From an uncultured virus (IMG/VR IMGVR_UViG_3300005405_000007) (Duplodnaviria > Heunggongvirae > Uroviricota > Caudoviricetes): 64,000 nucleotides of DNA. Each line of letters begins with the position of its first letter. Within the stretch, counting starts at the first letter, position 1. Location of the stretch: the IMG/VR virus record IMGVR_UViG_3300005405_000007. One strand, written 5' to 3'. Below are positions 58,403 to 64,000 of the stretch, one piece after another. The notes beneath the pieces are model-generated. The model saw nothing but the letters and a program-made list of their open reading frames with translations. It made no database searches and was not told the origin of the DNA. The position numbers were made by a program, and so were the translations under genes.

Positions 58403-59085
58403 TATAACCACCTCCAATTTGGTTTTATCTCTACTTTACTAACCGAACCAGTCCAACTAATTACATTCGTTCCAACTATAAGATCCGGAAAATCACCAGA
58501 CATATTTTTATTCATAAGTGTGCTGTCCTTATAACAATCCATCAAGTTAGAATCAATTGTTACATAATCAGCAATATTAGTTAGATGTATCGTGTTGCTA
58601 TTAATCGTTAGGTATATTGACCCATTTCCATATACTTTAATTACTGGTTTGCTCGATGTTGTGGATGAATTAAATAATGTTGTAGGTGATGTTGTTAAAG
58701 TTACCAAGTCATTACAAACACTATATTTATGTGGTTGACATTCAAATTGAACAATAAAATTATGTAGAATTGGAATAATTTTATTTAATGAAATTTGATT
58801 GATTATTACTGCTTTATAAAATTTATCGTTTTCATTGCTGAACAATACTTCTCCACTACCATTTAACCAAGCGCAAATATTATCAACATTTCCATTATCT
58901 AAAGTACATTCTACAGATTTTACTGATCCTTTATATGTGCCATAATCGATTAATAAAAAACCATCTCTACCTTGAATTTCAATTTTATCAATATTCTTTT
59001 CAGATGTTGTGATTGAAGGCAACTTATTAACGATTATACCCATATCTCTACTATCAATATTATTAAAAATAAAAAAAGCACTCAT
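58402..59085 (-). CDS. Distal tail protein (Dit)
   Basis: FNNIDSRDMG, IQGRDG, FECQPHKY, GDFPDL; lies between tape measure and Tal. Confidence 0.85.
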   Translation of the reverse strand: MSAFFIFNNIDSRDMGIIVNKLPSITTSEKNIDKIEIQGRDGFLLIDYGTYKGSVKSVECTLDNGNVDNICAWLNGSGEVLFSNENDKFYKAVIINQISLNKIIPILHNFIVQFECQPHKYSVCNDLVTLTTSPTTLFNSSTTSSKPVIKVYGNGSIYLTINSNTIHLTNIADYVTIDSNLMDCYKDSTLMNKNMSGDFPDLIVGTNVISWTGSVSKVEIKPNWRWL

Positions 59086-61118
59086 TAATAAGCACCTCCA
59101 TTCGCTAATTCAGCTTGTCTTTTATAAAATTCTAATTCCTCTGCAAAAGATTGAATGTCCTGTTTTCTATTATTTACAAAATTTTCTATAATTACGGAAA
59201 GACCACTTCCAGAATTATTACTGTATGAATTGTTTTCTTGCTTTGTCAATACTCGTTCACCTTCATGCAGAATAGCTCTATAACCATCAAACGGGACATA
59301 ATCTAAACCATTAAAATGAGAACCATCTGCCCCATTATCTCCATCCATTTCTTCGTTACCACTTCTCCAAAAGGCTAATTTTTTAACAAGCCAAGAAACT
59401 TTATCCGTTACCCAACTAGATATGCCATCCCAAATTGACTTCATTCCATCCCAAATACTATTAAATAATCCTTTCCCAATATCTTCAAATATGGTAAATT
59501 GTAATTTTATAACATTTACAATTGCAGATAGTAGATTTGGTAATATATTAGCCATACCATTCCAAATATCGACAAATATTTGTTTAATACCGTTCCATGC
59601 TCCCGACCAGTCTCCCTTAATAACTGATAAAATGACACTTATTATATCTTTAATGACATTTATTATTGTTGATATCACTGTCTGAATAACTTCAAATATA
59701 GGCTTAATAATATTTAAATAGTCATTCCCATATTTATCCCATAAAATTTTGATGATTTCTAGAGCTACTTTAATAATATCAACGAATGTTGTAAAAATTC
59801 CTTTTGCCCATTCTACAAAACCTGAAAATATAGTAGAAAAACCATCTATAGTATTTTTGTTTTCTGTACCCCAATTTTGAAAAGCACTAACAAGACCTTC
59901 AATTATATTAATAAAACCACCTAATACACCACCGATAACTTCCATAGCAAAAGCAATTTCATTTTTAATTTCTGGCATATGTGCGGTTATCCAAGATGAG
60001 AACTGACTAAGTACAGGAAGTATTTTTTCACCTAAAGGCAAGAGAATACCTGTCTCAAGATTTCGTTTGATACCAGTCATTGCTTCAGAAAATGTATTAT
60101 ACTTAATTTGATTGATCTTACTTAAAGCATCAATATTTTTACTAATCTCACCTTTTGTATTTACTAAAGCGGAAATTCCTTTTATTCCCATATCTTCAAA
60201 TTGAGTTCCAAAAAGTGCAACACCTGCTGCATTTTGTTCAAAAGGATCTTTCATTGCAAGTAGCGCATCTGTTGTTTTCTTGAATGCTTCTTTTCCTGTT
60301 TCTCCACCTGTTGCAAATGCTTTAGTCATTTGTGAAGCACTTAAACCTAATGCTTCAAATCCTGCTGCTGAAGTAGTACTTCCATCTTTACTTCTGATAC
60401 CAAATTCTTTGATTGCATCTGCTGCAAGATCAACATCTCTAATACCAGATTTAGAAGCGTTTGACAACATATTAAACATTTCTTCTGCATTAAAACCTTG
60501 TGCTGCAAATGTTCCACCATACTCATTTAAAGTGTCAAGTAAATCTCCATTAGCATTAAGACCACTTTGAGCACCTTGAGCTATCAAATTATAAGCAGTA
60601 TCTCCGTCTACACCAAATTGTTTTATTAATTGGTTAGCACCTTTAATACTATCTTCAACTTCCAAACCAAAGGTATCTTTAAGTAATAATGCATTCTCAG
60701 TCATATTCTTTAAGGCATCACCAGCCAATCCAGTCTGTTGGCTAATTGTTGTCATTGCTAAACCAATATCTTCAAAGTTTTCGCCAAAATTATCATTGTA
60801 AATTTCCAACATGGTATCTTTCATACCACCCATGGCAGTATCGGCAACACCTGTAGCAGATTGTACACCATTTAATGCTTTTTGCAATTCATCTGCTGAT
60901 TTTGCTCCAGCCAATCCCATTCCTACCACAGCAACACCTATTGCCGCTATTCCACCAACTACGGCGGTTTTTACGTTTCCACCAATATTACTAGCCATAG
61001 TTTTCCATTTACTTTGATGTGTTTCTACATCATTATCAGCTTCATTAAAATCTTTGTCCCAACCATCTTTTTTGAGAAGAAGATCAAACCCTAAAGCACC
61101 TAAATCTATCATTGCCAA
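59085..61118 (-). CDS. Tail tape measure protein
   Basis: Ala/Gly-rich; DLAADAIKEFGIR, ALFGTQFED, Trp-periodic repeats, LHEGERVL. Confidence 0.9.
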   Translation of the reverse strand: MAMIDLGALGFDLLLKKDGWDKDFNEADNDVETHQSKWKTMASNIGGNVKTAVVGGIAAIGVAVVGMGLAGAKSADELQKALNGVQSATGVADTAMGGMKDTMLEIYNDNFGENFEDIGLAMTTISQQTGLAGDALKNMTENALLLKDTFGLEVEDSIKGANQLIKQFGVDGDTAYNLIAQGAQSGLNANGDLLDTLNEYGGTFAAQGFNAEEMFNMLSNASKSGIRDVDLAADAIKEFGIRSKDGSTTSAAGFEALGLSASQMTKAFATGGETGKEAFKKTTDALLAMKDPFEQNAAGVALFGTQFEDMGIKGISALVNTKGEISKNIDALSKINQIKYNTFSEAMTGIKRNLETGILLPLGEKILPVLSQFSSWITAHMPEIKNEIAFAMEVIGGVLGGFINIIEGLVSAFQNWGTENKNTIDGFSTIFSGFVEWAKGIFTTFVDIIKVALEIIKILWDKYGNDYLNIIKPIFEVIQTVISTIINVIKDIISVILSVIKGDWSGAWNGIKQIFVDIWNGMANILPNLLSAIVNVIKLQFTIFEDIGKGLFNSIWDGMKSIWDGISSWVTDKVSWLVKKLAFWRSGNEEMDGDNGADGSHFNGLDYVPFDGYRAILHEGERVLTKQENNSYSNNSGSGLSVIIENFVNNRKQDIQSFAEELEFYKRQAELANGGAY

Positions 61119-61199
61119 TATTGCTTCACCTCCCCTTTAAAGAGGGGTAAACAAAAAAGAACCTATTCAAAGGTCCTTTGTAAAGTGATTAAGGTTTGT

Positions 61200-61652
61200 T
61201 TATTTTATCTTATCTGATTTGTAATACACTTCATATGTTTCCCCCACGTTAACTTCATAAGGTATTATTCCCTCTAGTGTTTCACCTGTTTTAATTGTGC
61301 TACTTTTTAATGTTTCTTTATCTTTTGGTTGTTTATCAGTTTCAGTTAATGTTTTTGTCGATGTTTTGATTGATATATCATTCGGATTAAAATTTATGGC
61401 TTTATCAGTCTTGTTTTCTAATTTAACATATAGCAAAACTAATTCCTTACCGTCTTTTAATTCATTCCATTTATCAATCTTAGTTCTTTCCTCATTTGTA
61501 ATTGCAACTAAAACTTTTTTAGTTTCAACATTTGTTGAAGTTTTTACAGGAGATACTTCACCTATAGCTGGTTTTGATTCTATTTTTTCACCGCATCCAA
61601 TAACCGATAAAGATACTAATGTAACCAATAAGACACTAATTAGTTTTTTCAC
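61200..61652 (-). CDS. Lipoprotein, DUF4352-like (moron)
   Basis: Lipobox VIGC; VKLENKTDKAINFNPND...IKTGETLEGIIPYEV. Confidence 0.68.
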   Translation of the reverse strand: MKKLISVLLVTLVSLSVIGCGEKIESKPAIGEVSPVKTSTNVETKKVLVAITNEERTKIDKWNELKDGKELVLLYVKLENKTDKAINFNPNDISIKTSTKTLTETDKQPKDKETLKSSTIKTGETLEGIIPYEVNVGETYEVYYKSDKIK

Positions 61653-61704
61653 TTTTTAACCTCCCAAATATGATATTTACTAATATAATACAATAATACC
61701 ATAT

Positions 61705-62327
61705 TTATTCTTGTTTGTAACCTTTTATTGTCTTTAATTTTGAATAGTCTGCTTTTGTTTGATTTAATCGATTTGCTTGTTTTAAATATTCTCTACCTTG
61801 TTCTGTGGACATTTTATCTTCAATAAATGCATATTTAAAATTAGCCAAAAACAAATCATGTGGCATTTCTAATACTTCAGTTTGTTTCATATTTGTGTAT
61901 TTACAAACCATTCTTATTCTATACATGATATATTCTAATAAATCAAATTCCCCACTATTTTCATAATTAGGAACAGTGGGGATTATGAGTTTGGGTTTTG
62001 TTCAAGTTCGGTCATGAACTCGCTGTATCCTTTTATTATAGCTAATCTAAAATTTAAAGGTAATTTATCAACAACAAATTTATCATTGTATTTTTTTCCA
62101 TCATTATTGTTATTTAATATGGTTAATGTCATATCTTTTGTAATTTCTAAAATATCAAGACTAGTCATATTATCATTTTTTCTTTCTACGTGATCCATGA
62201 TTTTAATTGCAATAACTTCTGTAGGTTTTTTTACATGTAAAATATCATCTTCTGAACATTTTATATCAAATGTTTGCTCCATAAATACACTTAAATCTAA
62301 CATTTTTGCCATAATTAATTCCCCCAA
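61705..62327 (-). CDS. Tail assembly chaperone pair (gpG 62327-61983; gpGT via -1 frameshift to 61705)
   Basis: Slippery C CCA AAC at 61995-61989, downstream hairpin 61982-61949, -1 frame open into ORF 61926-61705; lies between the major tail and tape measure genes. Confidence 0.85.
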
Positions 62328-62369
62328 ATTTGTTTTTATTAAGGGTAGAATTTATCTACCCTTTTTAAC

Positions 62370-62885
62370 TTAAACTTCTTCTTTTATTTCAACTAAAGTT
62401 CCGTCTGCTTGATTAATTGCTTTAAACATTGCATCAATTACCGTTTCTTTATCTCCTGCAAAAGTTAATACAAATCCGTTACCTGCTGTAGCAATCATTG
62501 TGATTCTCAATTCGTTTCCATCATCTTTTGTATGGACAAATCTAAGTACATGGTTTGTCAATGACTTATTTGAACTGCCAATTTTTAGAGTTTTTAATCC
62601 AGTAGCAGTTGTCAAAGTTCCCGGCGATAATTTTGCAAGGTTAGCTAAATTCCAAGTCAAAATCCCAGATTTAAATGTAACTTCCTCTTTGGTAATAAAA
62701 CGCTTTACTACCTCACCATTATCATCTACAACTTCATATTCTGTAGGTTTGTATTCTAAACTTGCCCCACCTTTGATTCTACCAACATTGTTAGCAGTTA
62801 CCTCTAATAATTCGTCAGTTGGGATAGTATCTTCATATTCCAGTATGTATAATTTACCAGAACCCAAAATTACTTCATCTGCCAT
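62370..62885 (-). CDS. Major tail tube protein
   Basis: ILGSGKLY, GRIKGGASLEYKP; position upstream of the chaperones. Confidence 0.82.
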   Translation of the reverse strand: MADEVILGSGKLYILEYEDTIPTDELLEVTANNVGRIKGGASLEYKPTEYEVVDDNGEVVKRFITKEEVTFKSGILTWNLANLAKLSPGTLTTATGLKTLKIGSSNKSLTNHVLRFVHTKDDGNELRITMIATAGNGFVLTFAGDKETVIDAMFKAINQADGTLVEIKEEV

Positions 62886-62904
62886 CTAATTTACCTCACT
62901 TTCA

Positions 62905-63288
62905 TTATTGTTTCCATAGAATCCTATAAATCAAAATCCGCTCGATTGTATGTGTAGCATCGTTAGTTAAAGTGCCACCACCAATTAAAGCGGATTTCAG
63001 TATTGATGTGTCTTGATATTTAAACCCTTGATTGTATTCTCTAATATCTAAAAGCTCATTTATTCTTTTTTCTATCAAGGTCATGGTATCATAATGTTGA
63101 GTTATGATTCTAAATTCTAACCTGTTTTCTTTTATATCTCCACCACTTACAATAGCATCAGTATAAACCAAACAGGTATCATTACTTTCTGTAAATAAAG
63201 GATATATTTTTCCATCGTCTTCTGTCGAACTCAGGAGGGATGAAAGTTCAGAATCATTTTTTAATCTATTTAAAATAGCGTAAATCAA
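62905..63288 (-). CDS. Tail terminator/completion protein
   Basis: IYAILNRL...KIYP; lies immediately upstream of the major tail gene. Confidence 0.65.
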   Translation of the reverse strand: MIYAILNRLKNDSELSSLLSSTEDDGKIYPLFTESNDTCLVYTDAIVSGGDIKENRLEFRIITQHYDTMTLIEKRINELLDIREYNQGFKYQDTSILKSALIGGGTLTNDATHTIERILIYRILWKQ

Positions 63289-63728
63289 CTTAATCCCTCC
63301 ATTGCTTTTTTGAAGAATAATTCTAACTTATTTCTATTTTTATCCATACTTTTTTGTAAAAATGGATGAGGTTTTTGGCCTCTAGTAAAGTGCTCACCCT
63401 TCCATTTAACACTTTCGCCTTTAAACCACCAACCTGTTTTTCTCCCATTTCCATCAGTAGCATATATACCAGTTCCTTGATGTACGTAAGGTGCATATTC
63501 AACGTTTGTTCCTACACGACCGCGAAATTCAATATCATTTTCTTCTATCGAATGATTTATACTTGCTCTTAATAAACCTTCATCGATTGCGTCACATTCT
63601 CTTTTTGCATCACTTTCTAGTAATATTAAGGCTTTTTCTAAACCTTCTTGCAATAAAGCTTCTATTTCAGATTTTTTACCTTGTAAAATTTCCCTAGCTT
63701 GACTTGTATCTAAAATAATATCATCCAT
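63285..63728 (-). CDS. HK97 gp10-like neck/tail component
   Basis: DEGLLRASI, VGTNVEYAPYVHQGTG, GQKPHPFL. Confidence 0.85.
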   Translation of the reverse strand: MDDIILDTSQAREILQGKKSEIEALLQEGLEKALILLESDAKRECDAIDEGLLRASINHSIEENDIEFRGRVGTNVEYAPYVHQGTGIYATDGNGRKTGWWFKGESVKWKGEHFTRGQKPHPFLQKSMDKNRNKLELFFKKAMEGLS

Positions 63729-63999
63729 TATAAATCACTTTCTTTAAAAACAATTGAGTATATTTTCCAATTTGATTACTAAAGGCAACTTCATAAACAT
63801 CTGAACCATTTACAATTCTATTCTTTTCTGCCTCTATATCTTTGTAGGTGCTTAGACCTGTATTTGTGGAATCTGCATATTTAACATTCGCACTCGTTAA
63901 TATTGTGTAACTGGCAGGATATATTGCGACTTCAATTTCTTTTACATTAGACCAATTATCAATCTTTTGACCAGAAGATGATTTGGATTTATTATTAAC
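63721..63999 (-). CDS. Partial head-closure/head-tail adaptor gene
   Basis: Open minus-strand frame ...SSGQKIDNW...YTQLFLKKVIYNG to TGA; lies upstream of gp10. Confidence 0.55.
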   Translation of the reverse strand, partial: VNNKSKSSSGQKIDNWSNVKEIEVAIYPASYTILTSANVKYADSTNTGLSTYKDIEAEKNRIVNGSDVYEVAFSNQIGKYTQLFLKKVIYNG

Positions 64000-64000
64000 T

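Noticed and set aside
3152..63697. Many 60-130 aa ORFs antisense to or nested in long genes (e.g. 3152-3517, 7287-7628, 30377-30718, 48036-48305, 62500-62889)
   Set aside because: They are shadow frames of well-supported genes, with no SD or recognisable motifs.

Overview
AT-rich segment of a large temperate siphophage of a Firmicute, most likely a spore-forming Clostridia host, with SPbeta-like organisation. No host genes, rRNA, tRNA or CRISPR array were recognised. The + strand arm (1-30 kb) carries a replisome (DnaB-like helicase, primase, RecJ, DnaE, intein-containing RecD2), nucleotide metabolism genes (class II RNR with a 125-aa mini-intein, dUTPase, ThyX, dNMP kinase, nucleotidase), a two-subunit type II topoisomerase and many small accessory genes. 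The - strand arm (43.5-64 kb) carries the tail and lysis genes. Between them is an unusual lifestyle island (30-43.6 kb). It holds a large serine recombinase with a candidate attP and RDF, a ParMRC-like partition cassette, an orphan tubC/tubR-like unit, a DGQHR protein and a Rep-like gene with three palindromic sites. It also holds a minimal type IV secretion/conjugation-like operon (VirB2-, VirB6-, VirB3/PrgI-, VirB4- and VirD4-like genes plus a Replic_Relax protein) with no wall hydrolase. Other signals read from the DNA are a 24-bp palindrome recurring at gene junctions, a second 23-bp palindrome, several probable non-canonical start codons, a -1 frameshift in the tail chaperone and a candidate antisense sRNA in the lysis cassette. 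All protein calls come from motif recognition by eye; no database search was run.
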